In this document: piece after piece, positions 1 through 8,233 of the stretch
Numbering within the stretch: position 1 is the first letter of the stretch
Layout: every line of letters starts with the position of its first letter
From: an uncultured virus (IMG/VR IMGVR_UViG_3300020536_000659)
Taxonomy: Duplodnaviria; Heunggongvirae; Uroviricota; Caudoviricetes
Reading direction: 5' to 3' (one strand)
Length of the DNA: 20,000 nt
Virus record (IMG/VR): IMGVR_UViG_3300020536_000659
Notes under the pieces: generated by a model
The model's input: the letters and a program-made list of their open reading frames with translations, nothing else
Databases searched by the model: none
What the model was told of the DNA's origin: nothing
Translations under genes and position numbers: made by a program

Positions 1-238
1 CAGGACTTACTGCATCCCACACATGCATGGCAATGTGGCTCGTCTCAATGATTGTAACTGCGGTCAATCCCTGATTTCCGACCATATTGGAGTAGACGCT
101 ATATGGTCCCATAAGAATTTTCATTCCAATTTTATCTACCAATTTTTTCATCCACTCATTAATAAGATCGGTGTCTTTTGGTGGATTGTTTACTTCTGCT
201 CTGATTATCAGATGCTTGTGTTCGAGTACCTTTTGCAA
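1..238 (-). CDS. speD: S-adenosylmethionine decarboxylase proenzyme family (pyruvoyl-dependent), 3'-truncated by window edge
   Basis: Not in the ORF track. Manual translation from TTG at 238: MQKVLEHKHLIIRAEVNNPPKDTDLINEWMKKLVDKIGMKILMGPYSVYSNMVGNQGLTAVTIIETSHIAMHVWDAVSP... It has the H-L-I N-terminus and the G-x-T...SH-I-x-x-H-x-W autocleavage motif. Confidence 0.85.
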   Translation of the reverse strand, partial: MQKVLEHKHLIIRAEVNNPPKDTDLINEWMKKLVDKIGMKILMGPYSVYSNMVGNQGLTAVTIIETSHIAMHVWDAVSP

Positions 239-273
239 TTCAAGTAAATTCCCTATAAAGATGTTGAAAAAAA

Positions 274-594
274 TTAATGGGTGTAACTGGGGTCCGTTGC
301 TACGTCAGTCAATTTGACGTGAGTGGGGACACCACCCTCGCCACGATGTATAGCATAAACAAAATGATTTCCAGCGGGAGAAACGTGAACACATTTTTCC
401 TGATTTTTCGATGAGAAGAATGTTTCGCCCCCTTTGTGCTTTATCATAAGATTAGTTTCAAGATCGTGCTCTGGATGTGGAAGTCTTGTTTCTGGTCCAA
501 CCCAATCAGGTATTCCACCAGTGCGCAACTTTCGCGATGTCGGTTTTGCCTTTGCTTCTTTGATTAATTGTCTCATTGATGGCGTCATTTTCAT
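274..594 (-). CDS. hypothetical protein (106 aa)
   Basis: ORF with AGGAG Shine-Dalgarno at 601-605. No recognised domain. N-terminal MRQLIKEA is weakly similar to the internal-protein motif. Confidence 0.75.
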   Translation of the reverse strand: MKMTPSMRQLIKEAKAKPTSRKLRTGGIPDWVGPETRLPHPEHDLETNLMIKHKGGETFFSSKNQEKCVHVSPAGNHFVYAIHRGEGGVPTHVKLTDVATDPSYTH

Positions 595-611
595 TTCATT
601 CTCCTGTTTTT

Positions 612-639
612 ATCTTACCTGTTTTTTAAGTTTTGTCAA
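612..639 (-). promoter_or_regulatory. sigma70-like (early) promoter
   Basis: TTGACA-16 nt-TAAGAT on the minus strand, directly upstream of the SD and ATG at 594. Confidence 0.55.
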
Positions 640-1043
640 GCAATTTTGATATTTTTTAGGTGGCTCGACGACACCTTGACAGACAACCAATCATTATAAA
701 ATTTATCAGAAATAATAGCGTCAGATTCTAAAATATATTTCGACTCAAAGTAGTTACATTCTCCTCGACTTTTACAAAAACGAAGAATTGTTCGTTTAAA
801 ACAATCTTCGCCAAAAAGCTTTACGTCCTCTAATAATTCTTTGGATGATCCGAAATAAGTTTTCCAGTCAGACTGTTTTCTTATCTTTTTTCTTTTACCC
901 TTAACTTGTTTGTATCCAGCTTTAGTAAGAAGTTTTTTACCATAATATTTTTTGCCGTTTTTAGAACATTCTATAAGATAGACAAACCCAAAAGCGTCTT
1001 CAGGAGGTTCTTCTAATATTTTTCCATCATAATGCCAAGACAA
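636..1043 (-). CDS. denA: GIY-YIG endonuclease, T4 endonuclease II (DenA)-like
   Basis: GFVYLI...YYGKK (GIY-YIG variant), DWKTYFGSS, catalytic-type E in ECNYFES, and FYN. Single 135-aa domain with no homing-type DNA-binding tail. Confidence 0.75.
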   Translation of the reverse strand: MSWHYDGKILEEPPEDAFGFVYLIECSKNGKKYYGKKLLTKAGYKQVKGKRKKIRKQSDWKTYFGSSKELLEDVKLFGEDCFKRTILRFCKSRGECNYFESKYILESDAIISDKFYNDWLSVKVSSSHLKNIKIA

Positions 1044-1481
1044 TTATTTTGTGCCGTGATTATGTATGGTAATAACACCATTTCCGTGAAAAGTTATAGA
1101 TCTTAATGTGTCGCTTGATGTTGGTTTAGGAGGTGGGCCTAATCCCTTTACTCTATTATTTTGCTGTTTTATGTGTTTCATGGCCCAATTAATAAACGCA
1201 GGAGGAGATAATATCTCCGGAGATAATATCTCCTGCGGAGGAGATAACCTTAAATTTCTGGAAACTCCTGTCGTGTTTACGTGAAATTGTTCAGGATTAT
1301 TTTTGTCACCTTCGAAATGATTTATGTCCACTTTAACGTTTAAATTTTTTGATGTTTTTGTTCTCAATTCATTAGCGATATTTGAAGCTGCGATTTCTCC
1401 CAATTGTTTAAAAGAACCGTGCCAATCAACTTTGGGTTTATTCCCCCCAAAAATAAACTGTCTGAACGTTTTCAATCGCAT
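1044..1481 (-). CDS. hypothetical late protein, possible internal head protein
   Basis: Downstream of TATAAATA, SD AGGAG, N-terminus MRLKTFRQFI. Confidence 0.7.
   Translation of the reverse strand: MRLKTFRQFIFGGNKPKVDWHGSFKQLGEIAASNIANELRTKTSKNLNVKVDINHFEGDKNNPEQFHVNTTGVSRNLRLSPPQEILSPEILSPPAFINWAMKHIKQQNNRVKGLGPPPKPTSSDTLRSITFHGNGVITIHNHGTK
1204..1233. repeat. tandem duplication of a 15-bp near-palindrome GGAGATAATATCTCC
   Basis: Exact copies at 1204-1218 and 1219-1233, giving EILSPEILSP in the protein. Confidence 0.85.
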
Positions 1482-1502
1482 CTCCTAGATTATATTTTGT
1501 TA

Positions 1503-1510
1503 TATTTATA
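1503..1510 (-). promoter_or_regulatory. T4-type late promoter TATAAATA
   Basis: Exact gp55 consensus, intergenic, about 22 nt upstream of the start at 1481. Confidence 0.8.
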
Positions 1511-1540
1511 AAAAATCCCCAGGCGGTCCCAGGGATTTTT
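1511..1540 (-). terminator. Rho-independent terminator
   Basis: ATCCCTGGG-ACCG-CCTGGGGAT stem-loop (with G-U pairs) followed by a T-run, downstream of the 306-aa gene. Confidence 0.8.
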
Positions 1541-1561
1541 ATATTTGCGATCTACAGCAGT

Positions 1562-2482
1562 TTATGTAGAGGTGTTTGCCCCAGTCTCAGTTGGTTCAGT
1601 TGGCTCGGGAGGTGTTGGCGGTAACACGTTCGCTAAAGCTAACTGAAGAGAATTTAGTTGATCTTGCAGTTCTTTTAATTGATCAGAGTTTTCTACTGGA
1701 ACTTCTTTTATGGTTTCTACTGGAACTTCTTTGACGACTTCAACTTCTTTGATGACTTCAACAATTCTTTCTGGCCCAGGAACTTCTTTGATAACTTCTA
1801 CCTCTTTAACGACCTCAACAGGAACTTCCTTGATGACCTCGACTTCTTTGATGACTTCAACAGGAACCTCAACTCGAACTTCTTTAATAACCTCAACTTC
1901 TTTGATAACTTCTACTTCTTTGATGACTTCAACAGGAACTTCCTTGACGATTTCCACTTCCTTAATGACTTCAACAGGAATTTCCTTGACGACCTCAACA
2001 ATTCTTTCTGGCCCAGGAACTTCTTTGATAACTTCTACTTCTTTGATGACATCTTTGAAGATTTCCACAGGAACTTCTTTGACGATTTCAACAATTTCTG
2101 TGGGTCCAGGAATTTCTATTTCAATAACACGTTCGGGTCCAGGAACTTCCTTGATGACTTCAACAGGAACTTCAACTCGAACTTCTTTGACAACCTCAAC
2201 AATACGCTCAGGTCCAGGAACTTCTACTATTACAGGAGAGTTATCGAGTTTTCCAGACATGAAATCATTGAGTTTTTGTAGCTCAACGTCCCGAGCTTTT
2301 AGAACCTGAATCTCTTGCATAGTTCTTTCAATCTCATTCTGATCTCGTTCAGACTGAGATAAAGCGCGCTCTTCTCTATCTTTAATTTCTTTTTGTTTAG
2401 CTTTTATCAAAGCTTCAAGTTGATCGACACGCTGTTTTGCGGAAAATCCTAACTGCTTTAGCTCTTCGAGTATCTGTGACAT
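1562..2482 (-). CDS. coiled-coil / (EVIKEVPV)n repeat protein, alveolin/articulin-like composition
   Basis: N-terminal coiled coil, about 180 aa of V/I/E/K/P repeats, short C-terminal coiled coil and a Pro/Thr tail. It has its own late promoter and terminator. Confidence 0.85.
   Translation of the reverse strand: MSQILEELKQLGFSAKQRVDQLEALIKAKQKEIKDREERALSQSERDQNEIERTMQEIQVLKARDVELQKLNDFMSGKLDNSPVIVEVPGPERIVEVVKEVRVEVPVEVIKEVPGPERVIEIEIPGPTEIVEIVKEVPVEIFKDVIKEVEVIKEVPGPERIVEVVKEIPVEVIKEVEIVKEVPVEVIKEVEVIKEVEVIKEVRVEVPVEVIKEVEVIKEVPVEVVKEVEVIKEVPGPERIVEVIKEVEVVKEVPVETIKEVPVENSDQLKELQDQLNSLQLALANVLPPTPPEPTEPTETGANTST
1691..2236 (-). repeat. coding tandem repeat array (VIKEV / EVPVE / EVPGPER units)
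   Basis: Degenerate short in-frame units, four PGPER and one PGPTE. Exact 44-nt duplication at 1758-1801 and 1995-2038. Confidence 0.9.
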
Positions 2483-2514
2483 TTTGGACCCTTTGTTAAG
2501 ATACGAATCTTTCT

Positions 2515-2522
2515 TATTTATA
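2515..2522 (-). promoter_or_regulatory. T4-type late promoter TATAAATA
   Basis: Exact consensus, intergenic between nrdJ and the repeat-protein gene. Confidence 0.8.
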
Positions 2523-2526
2523 AAAA

Positions 2527-4386
2527 CTAAATCTCAGTCACCGTGCAGTCTCCAGAAACGCAAGCGAATTCATTTGCTGATTTCGTCTGATCCCCTCGTT
2601 CATAGCTTGGGAATAAATCCCAGTCAATTTTGGGGAAATTGTCCACCCACTTGTTATAGGTTTCCTCGTCAATTTCCTGGAATGGAGCTTGCTGATAAAC
2701 GCTGTCGTCTTTGGGCAGGAACGAAATACCAGCAATATCATCAAAGTTGTTATAAACAAAATTTGCTACTGCCAGCCACTCGTCTTCACCAACCTTAATT
2801 GTGACTGATGGGTTGTGTTCGCACCACTTCTGGAAAGAAATCATCCAGTAATTAAGGTGTTCGATAGCACCAATATCAGAAGAAACAAGTGCATTTTTGG
2901 GAGCTTTCTGTGGGAAAGAGAACACCATGCGGTCATTTGGCTTCATGATATCTGGTTCATGAGGAACGCCCTGATCAATCAGGAACTTGGTGATAGCTTC
3001 CACATTGTTCGAACGAATTGTTCGGATGTAGTGTCTATAGAAACGAGTATGCACTCCGGGAGCAGAGTCAACTAATTCTGAAACTGTTCCTGATGGTTTC
3101 TGACAAGTAATAGAAACGGACTGATTGATGCCGAGTTTCTTGGCCCAGATCTCATTGGTTTCGATCGCGACCTGCTTTAGTTCTGGCATCCATTCAAAGG
3201 AAAGAATATTATCAAACACTCCCGTCAGAGAAACTCCGAGAAGCCTTTCTTCTTCGCAATTGTCTTTCCAGACTTTGCGGAGATATTTGAAATTAGTAAG
3301 AGTTGATTGGACCGTGCCAATGATTGTGGCTAACTCAACTTTAGTTTTCAAGGTTTCGATTGTATCAGTGTCACGAACTACGACCTCTGAAAGATTACAA
3401 AACTGATATGGACGGAGAATAATTTCGGCGCATGGGTTCACACCGAAAGCAACATCGCTATTTCTCCTGCCTGTTCGCTCAGCTTGCTTTTTCAGAGCAT
3501 GACGATTGATGATGCCACGCTCGCCAGACTTGGAGTCATAGATAGCTTTCCACTCATCAATAAACTGAGAAAGAGTGGGCTTTTCATCGTAAATAGCTGA
3601 GTTGTTGGCCAGAGACCTGTGGGGGTGTGTCTGCCACCAGTTCCCTGATTTAGCCAAAGCCATTTCTTTATCAGAAAGGTCAGATAGTGAGATCAGAGCA
3701 GCCCTGCGAACTCCTCCGACAACCACACAGTCTGCAATCTTACAAACGATATCGTGGCACTCAATCGGCCTTAGTTTTCTTCCAGAAGCTTCTCTTACTG
3801 TTTTGATGATATAATCAAAGGTCTCTTTTAGAGGACCAGGGCCTGAAGCTCTTCCACCGAATGTTTTAAGAGGAGCTCCTGCGGGTCGGACCAAAGAATA
3901 ATCAATCTCTGGAACCTGTCCGGACCAAAGAAGAGCAAGAAGTTCTTTTAGGGCTCGAGCCCACCCAGCCTTTGAGTCGCCCACAACGATCTTGGTATTT
4001 GACTTCTCGAAATGTTCTGAAATGCTTGGAAGCTTGTCTACGTTTCTCCGCTCAACCGAAAATCCTACGCCTGTTCCGCAAAGGGTAACGTAGAACATCT
4101 CGTCGAAAGATCTCAGACTGTCAATTGGAAGATAAGAACAGTTATAGCCTGCCACGTTGCACCTATCAAGAGCAGGTCCTGCAGTCATAAGAGCTCTCAT
4201 TGAAGGCATAACTTCTAGATTGAGAATAGCCAAACGAATCCGCTCAACTGTCTTGGAATCGACGCATTTGCTGAGGACATTATCGCAATATCGTTGAACA
4301 GTTTCTTCCCAAACTTCCCTGCGATTTTCCTTTTCCAACCATCTCGCATACTTAGAAACTGCAATAATTTTTTGATAATCTTTCAT
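2527..4386 (-). CDS. nrdJ: class II (adenosylcobalamin-dependent) ribonucleotide reductase, monomeric RTPR-like
   Basis: MPSMRAL, YNCSY, GTGVGFSVE, FGGRASGP, GGVRRAALISL, active-site NPCAEI, FCNLSEV, KPSGTVS and a C-terminal CxxxxC redox pair. Likely start is the ATG at 4386 (SD AAGGT). No beta-subunit gene is adjacent. Confidence 0.95.
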   Translation of the reverse strand: MKDYQKIIAVSKYARWLEKENRREVWEETVQRYCDNVLSKCVDSKTVERIRLAILNLEVMPSMRALMTAGPALDRCNVAGYNCSYLPIDSLRSFDEMFYVTLCGTGVGFSVERRNVDKLPSISEHFEKSNTKIVVGDSKAGWARALKELLALLWSGQVPEIDYSLVRPAGAPLKTFGGRASGPGPLKETFDYIIKTVREASGRKLRPIECHDIVCKIADCVVVGGVRRAALISLSDLSDKEMALAKSGNWWQTHPHRSLANNSAIYDEKPTLSQFIDEWKAIYDSKSGERGIINRHALKKQAERTGRRNSDVAFGVNPCAEIILRPYQFCNLSEVVVRDTDTIETLKTKVELATIIGTVQSTLTNFKYLRKVWKDNCEEERLLGVSLTGVFDNILSFEWMPELKQVAIETNEIWAKKLGINQSVSITCQKPSGTVSELVDSAPGVHTRFYRHYIRTIRSNNVEAITKFLIDQGVPHEPDIMKPNDRMVFSFPQKAPKNALVSSDIGAIEHLNYWMISFQKWCEHNPSVTIKVGEDEWLAVANFVYNNFDDIAGISFLPKDDSVYQQAPFQEIDEETYNKWVDNFPKIDWDLFPSYERGDQTKSANEFACVSGDCTVTEI

Positions 4387-4420
4387 AACACACACCTTTG
4401 TTGAGATTGCTGGGAATTCA

Positions 4421-4428
4421 TATTTAGT
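4421..4428 (-). promoter_or_regulatory. late-promoter variant ACTAAATA
   Basis: TAAATA core, intergenic, about 35 nt upstream of the nrdJ start, in the same position as the other late motifs. Confidence 0.5.
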
Positions 4429-4463
4429 TTTGTAAACGTTGAATTAACGGTCATTAAAAATAC

Positions 4464-4595
4464 TTAATTTACGGGAACGCAACAACAGAAATACAGGAAC
4501 GAAACTGTTCTGTCTGAGGGAGAAGAATCACCCGCTTTATAGAAACGATAATCGTCTTCCATCGAAGGTTCGTAGTCAAAATTAAAGTTATACAT
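4464..4595 (-). CDS. small hypothetical protein (43 aa)
   Basis: Below the ORF-track cut-off. GGAG SD 6 nt upstream of the ATG. MYNFNFDYEPSMEDDYRFYKAGDSSPSDRTVSFLYFCCCVPVN fills the thyA-nrdJ gap. Confidence 0.5.
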   Translation of the reverse strand: MYNFNFDYEPSMEDDYRFYKAGDSSPSDRTVSFLYFCCCVPVN

Positions 4596-4604
4596 AATTT
4601 TCTC

Positions 4605-5570
4605 CTATACTGCCATTGGGGCTTTGATTGCTGGATGTGGATTGTAGTTGTTTAGTTTAAATTCGTCTATCAGTTCGTGGAAAAAAGATAGGGGAAGTTG
4701 TCTCAGGTCAGGTATAGAAAGTGTCGGTTCCTGACGAGATTCTCTTTGCAACTGCAACATTACCTGATCCGTATGATTTTTATAGATATGGATATCTCCA
4801 AAAGACATAATCAGTCGGCCTGGTTTCAGATTACTCAACTGGGCGATAATGTATGTTAGAAGAGAATAACTGGCGATATTAAAAGGCAAGCCTAGAAAAG
4901 TATCAACGGATCGCTGATACATGTGGCATTCGAGATAACCATCATTTGTAACATTAAACTGGGCGAAGATATGACAGGGAGGCAGACACATATCATCTAA
5001 CTCTCCTGGATTCCAAGCAGTGACAATATGCCTTCGACCCATTGGGTCTTTAATAAGACCATCAATCAGATTGCTTACCTGATCGACTGCTCTGCCGTCA
5101 GGCGTTTTCCAATTTCGCCACTGAACTCCATAAATTCTACCAGCGTCTCCAACAAACAGCTGTTTATTTCTGTTTACCCAATAATTAGACTGGACGTTTT
5201 CAGTCCATATGGTTTTGTGGGTTTCAAAGCTTTTAACAAATCGATCTTCTTCCTCTTCAACCGAGTCATAATCGGCTTTATAATATTCAAACGGATTCTT
5301 GCCGTTTTTATGGACCATATAAGCAAGAAATCTTTCATCGGCTTCTCCTGTTAGAAACCAAAGAAGCTCAGAAACTATTGCTCTCCATGCCATCCTTTTA
5401 GTTGTAAGAGCAGGAAAGGTTTGTTTAATATCAAACTCTATTTGCCCACCAAACACACTAAGAGTATCAACGCCCGTGCGATTCTTGCGGAGTTGTCCTC
5501 TGGATAGCACGTCTTTTAAGAGATTATGATAAACCTCATCGTGCCTGTTGAAAATTGCTTCTGAAGTCAT
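4605..5570 (-). CDS. thyA: thymidylate synthase ThyA
   Basis: RTGVDTLSVFG, FPALTTK, ELLWFL, GRIYGVQWR, RRHIVTAWN, catalytic LPPCH, YQRSVDTFLGLPFNIASY, GDIHIYKNH and terminal PMAV. Confidence 0.97.
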   Translation of the reverse strand: MTSEAIFNRHDEVYHNLLKDVLSRGQLRKNRTGVDTLSVFGGQIEFDIKQTFPALTTKRMAWRAIVSELLWFLTGEADERFLAYMVHKNGKNPFEYYKADYDSVEEEEDRFVKSFETHKTIWTENVQSNYWVNRNKQLFVGDAGRIYGVQWRNWKTPDGRAVDQVSNLIDGLIKDPMGRRHIVTAWNPGELDDMCLPPCHIFAQFNVTNDGYLECHMYQRSVDTFLGLPFNIASYSLLTYIIAQLSNLKPGRLIMSFGDIHIYKNHTDQVMLQLQRESRQEPTLSIPDLRQLPLSFFHELIDEFKLNNYNPHPAIKAPMAV

Positions 5571-6618
5571 TTTTTGTTTTTCTTTCTTCTATGTCACACA
5601 TTTTTCTTTGATTTAAGACCAAAAGGGCATTGAGTCCCTGAAAGGTATTGGCTTTAATGGTTTTAAGTATTTGTTCCTGAGAGAGTCCAGAAAGAAACAT
5701 CTCGTTTATATCTTTTTGTTGTATTGATGGTGGCCAGATAACAACACTGAAACCTTTATCAATAGCAGATTTAATCTGTTTGACTATCTGTTTATTTCTG
5801 GGTTCGTTATCATATATGACTACCATACTACTTTTGTCGATTCCAGTCAAGTTAATTATTGAAGTTAGATTGCCTCCTGCTGCAGCGATAGCGTTTGGCA
5901 AAAACATTGCATCGAATGGCCCCTCTGTCAGATAGACAGTCGATGAGGTATCAACAGTTTCCATACCCCAAATTTTTGGAGCTTCATCAAAAAGCATAAT
6001 GGTAATATAACGAAGCTTGCTTTTCGGATCGAGGGATCTTCCCTGAAAGCCAACAAGGATCTTATTCTTATCTATAAAAGGTATAATTATCCTCGGTTCC
6101 TCAGGGCAATCATCGGTAAGTTTACCAGGAACAAATTTATTGACGAGCTCTTTAAACTTCTCGGCGTAATAAATTCGATAATGCTGATTCGGCGGTATCT
6201 TTCTATTCTCGATATATTGTTTTGCGGGATGATCGTGGGGCAGAGAAGATATCTTTGGAATCTGATTAAGAATGGTAGCCTTGACGAATTTAGGCTTCTT
6301 CATTTTATCAGCGAATAACTCAACGTCTGTCTTTTCGACCTTATTGCTGTTTTGCAATTTCTCTTTGATAAACTGATAATATGTGGTGTTATCGAACTTT
6401 TTAAGAAAGTTAGAAAAATACATCGATGTCATGCAATTATGACAATGATACCGATATGAACCTTTTTTGGGGTAAAGATATCCACGAGCCTTGGTAGATT
6501 TCTTCTGAGAATCCTCACACAAGACACAACGAAAATTAAAGATAGATTTTGATTTTGATTTAAATCGGGGAAGTTTAGAAGATATTAGAAAGATGTATTT
6601 TCGCTCAAGCCATTCCAT
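5536..6618 (-). CDS. DNA primase, T4 gp61-like
   Basis: Zn finger CVLC...CHNC, IIIPF, GFQGR, TOPRIM EGPFDAMF, YDNEPRN and KDINEM. Confidence 0.95.
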   Translation of the reverse strand: MEWLERKYIFLISSKLPRFKSKSKSIFNFRCVLCEDSQKKSTKARGYLYPKKGSYRYHCHNCMTSMYFSNFLKKFDNTTYYQFIKEKLQNSNKVEKTDVELFADKMKKPKFVKATILNQIPKISSLPHDHPAKQYIENRKIPPNQHYRIYYAEKFKELVNKFVPGKLTDDCPEEPRIIIPFIDKNKILVGFQGRSLDPKSKLRYITIMLFDEAPKIWGMETVDTSSTVYLTEGPFDAMFLPNAIAAAGGNLTSIINLTGIDKSSMVVIYDNEPRNKQIVKQIKSAIDKGFSVVIWPPSIQQKDINEMFLSGLSQEQILKTIKANTFQGLNALLVLNQRKMCDIEERKTKNDFRSNFQQAR

Positions 6619-6663
6619 AGGTCACCACTCATAGAGGTTGAATATTAATCAGTGCATTACTGA

Positions 6664-7296
6664 TTATACTTCTTCTATCAGTTTAGACAAGCTATTTTCG
6701 GAAGTTTTCTCAAAAATACCGATGCCAACAATATAATCAACTCCATCAGGTAATCTAATTGGAAACTTTCTTCCCACAAAAATGCCTTTTGGTGTTTTTT
6801 CCGTTAAATGAATACCTTCTTGTTGTTTGTAAACCTTCTCGTCGTTCTGAGTAAAAACAGCTGCTGTTTCTTTATCCCAAATTTCTTCATCGGTTTTCCC
6901 ATCATACAAACTGGCTGGGCCCTGCAATATTTCTTTGGCGTGTCCCTTTGAGCATCTTATCATAACATATTCGTTTTCTGCCATTCTTCTTTTAACCCAA
7001 GAAATGCCAGGATCTGAATCAATAAAATCTCTTAAGATATCTGAGGGTATGACATGTTTGTTTTGGCCGAGTCTCTCCTCAGTCAGTTCTCTGGTCAATC
7101 TTTCGATAGTTTCTTCGGCTGTTTTCAGACGATTGGAGACTCTTTCTGAATAAGACCTCTCCCTCTCAGCCTCGTCTATCTCGTCTTGTTTTTTCTGTCT
7201 TTTGGCTTTTTGCCTTTCGTTAATAATATAAACGAGGGCGGCAGATATCGGAGTAGCAATAGAAAGCACTTGCGTAATGATCTGATCCAGCGTCAT
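6664..7296 (-). CDS. membrane-anchored coiled-coil + PAS/PAC-domain protein
   Basis: Hydrophobic N-terminal helix, basic patch and coiled coil, then FIDSDPGISWVK...YDGKTDEEIWDKETAAVFTQNDEKV...RKFPIRLPDGVDYIVGIGI, a typical PAS_4/PAC pattern. No output domain. Confidence 0.75.
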   Translation of the reverse strand: MTLDQIITQVLSIATPISAALVYIINERQKAKRQKKQDEIDEAERERSYSERVSNRLKTAEETIERLTRELTEERLGQNKHVIPSDILRDFIDSDPGISWVKRRMAENEYVMIRCSKGHAKEILQGPASLYDGKTDEEIWDKETAAVFTQNDEKVYKQQEGIHLTEKTPKGIFVGRKFPIRLPDGVDYIVGIGIFEKTSENSLSKLIEEV

Positions 7297-7327
7297 TTCT
7301 GTTTTCCTAAGAGGCTACTTACTTTTA

Positions 7328-7681
7328 TTATATATTTACAAGAATTTTGCTCTTAGCCGCCCAGATCGAATAAAATGTAATAATATTGAAAAATAAAAAT
7401 ATTTCTATCAACCACCAAGTTTCCAGCGTCTGAAAGATCTGTTGCGTTACTTGTGGAGCGGACGTAAGATACATAACAACGCTTCCTAGAGCGACAACAA
7501 GATAATTTAATGATATGATGCAAAAAAGTCTAGACCCAACAATAGAATTTACTTTGGGGATGGCCGCTCGTTGCGGATCATAAGAAGATAGTTTCTTAGA
7601 AAACGACCAGGACGACCAAGAAACAGCCAACATAGATAAAAACCAAAGGCACATCTCAAAGCTTACGTTATAAAACATCAT
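7328..7681 (-). CDS. small 3-TM membrane protein, holin candidate
   Basis: 117 aa with three hydrophobic segments and a basic C-terminus, located downstream of the spanins. The holin function is inferred only. Confidence 0.55.
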   Translation of the reverse strand: MMFYNVSFEMCLWFLSMLAVSWSSWSFSKKLSSYDPQRAAIPKVNSIVGSRLFCIISLNYLVVALGSVVMYLTSAPQVTQQIFQTLETWWLIEIFLFFNIITFYSIWAAKSKILVNI

Positions 7682-7887
7682 TTTGCTCCGCTGATGAGTC
7701 TTCTAGCAACTGCTAGTGATTGTTTATTATCGTCTTCAGTTCCTGCATTAATAATACTTAACGCCGCCACAAGCATGAGAATTTCTTTTGTGTTATCTTT
7801 TTTGCTAGTTTTGTATTTTGCAAGAAGATTACCAATCAGAGTTACGAGGGTGCTTCTTACGGAATCTGGTTTATTCTCCTTTTCCAT
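7678..7887 (-). CDS. small hypothetical protein
   Basis: GGAGG SD favours the ATG at 7887 over 7902. ATGA overlap with the next gene indicates translational coupling. Confidence 0.65.
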   Translation of the reverse strand: MEKENKPDSVRSTLVTLIGNLLAKYKTSKKDNTKEILMLVAALSIINAGTEDDNKQSLAVARRLISGAK

Positions 7888-8233
7888 CTTTCCCTCCCTC
7901 ATAGTATTCTTTAAACCCTAGATAAACGCTATTTTTATCATCTATATATTTTTTAATGTCAGCAAAGTTTAAGCTGAGAGCTTCGTAACCATCATCGGTT
8001 AAAGCGAACAAAACAGGATTTATGTTTTGGGATTTTAGTTTTTCCATAACCTCAGTGAAATTTTGTTCAGTGACGATATACCATTTAATGTCTCTCATTG
8101 AGACATAATCTGGCTGCGGTAATACCAAATCGGGTTTATCTACTGGTATTACTTCAATATCTGTCTTTGGAGTCTGGCAACCGCTAAGGAAGAACAGTGC
8201 CAGGGCAGTCGCGCAACTTGCCAGTCTCGTCAT
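7871..8233 (-). CDS. o-spanin (Rz1-like outer-membrane lipoprotein)
   Basis: Signal peptide II with lipobox LSGC, Pro-rich linker and C-terminal helix. Overlaps the 3' end of the i-spanin gene. Confidence 0.8.
   Translation of the reverse strand: MTRLASCATALALFFLSGCQTPKTDIEVIPVDKPDLVLPQPDYVSMRDIKWYIVTEQNFTEVMEKLKSQNINPVLFALTDDGYEALSLNFADIKKYIDDKNSVYLGFKEYYEGGKDGKGE

Noticed and set aside
636..1043. Mobile Seg-type homing endonuclease
   Set aside because: It is a catalytic domain only, with no NUMOD/HTH tail, and fits DenA-like endonuclease II better.
1691..2236. Repeat array as a CRISPR array or origin iterons
   Set aside because: The units are degenerate, in frame, vary mainly at synonymous positions and have no unique spacers.
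1679..2309. Two long plus-strand ORFs (F/N/D-rich and T/S-rich)
   Set aside because: They are antisense shadows of the low-complexity repeat gene and have no SD or promoter support.
4387..4604. Cobalamin riboswitch upstream of nrdJ
   Set aside because: No recognisable B12-box or core stems. The gap is explained by a small ORF and a promoter motif.
4605..5570. ThyA as a dCMP/dUMP hydroxymethylase (modified-base pathway) or an intron-containing td
   Set aside because: It keeps the dUMP-specifying Asn (PFNIASY) and the canonical C-terminus. The ORF is uninterrupted, and its short insertion lies in a variable region.
6646..6666. Inverted repeat TAATCAGT-GCATT-ACTGATTA at the end of the PAS gene
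   Set aside because: The stem is AT-rich with no U-tract and occurs once, which is too weak to call a terminator or operator.
7328..7681. Ethylene-receptor-like 3-TM domain split from the PAS protein
   Set aside because: It lacks the Cys-x3-His copper ligands and the conserved Asp.
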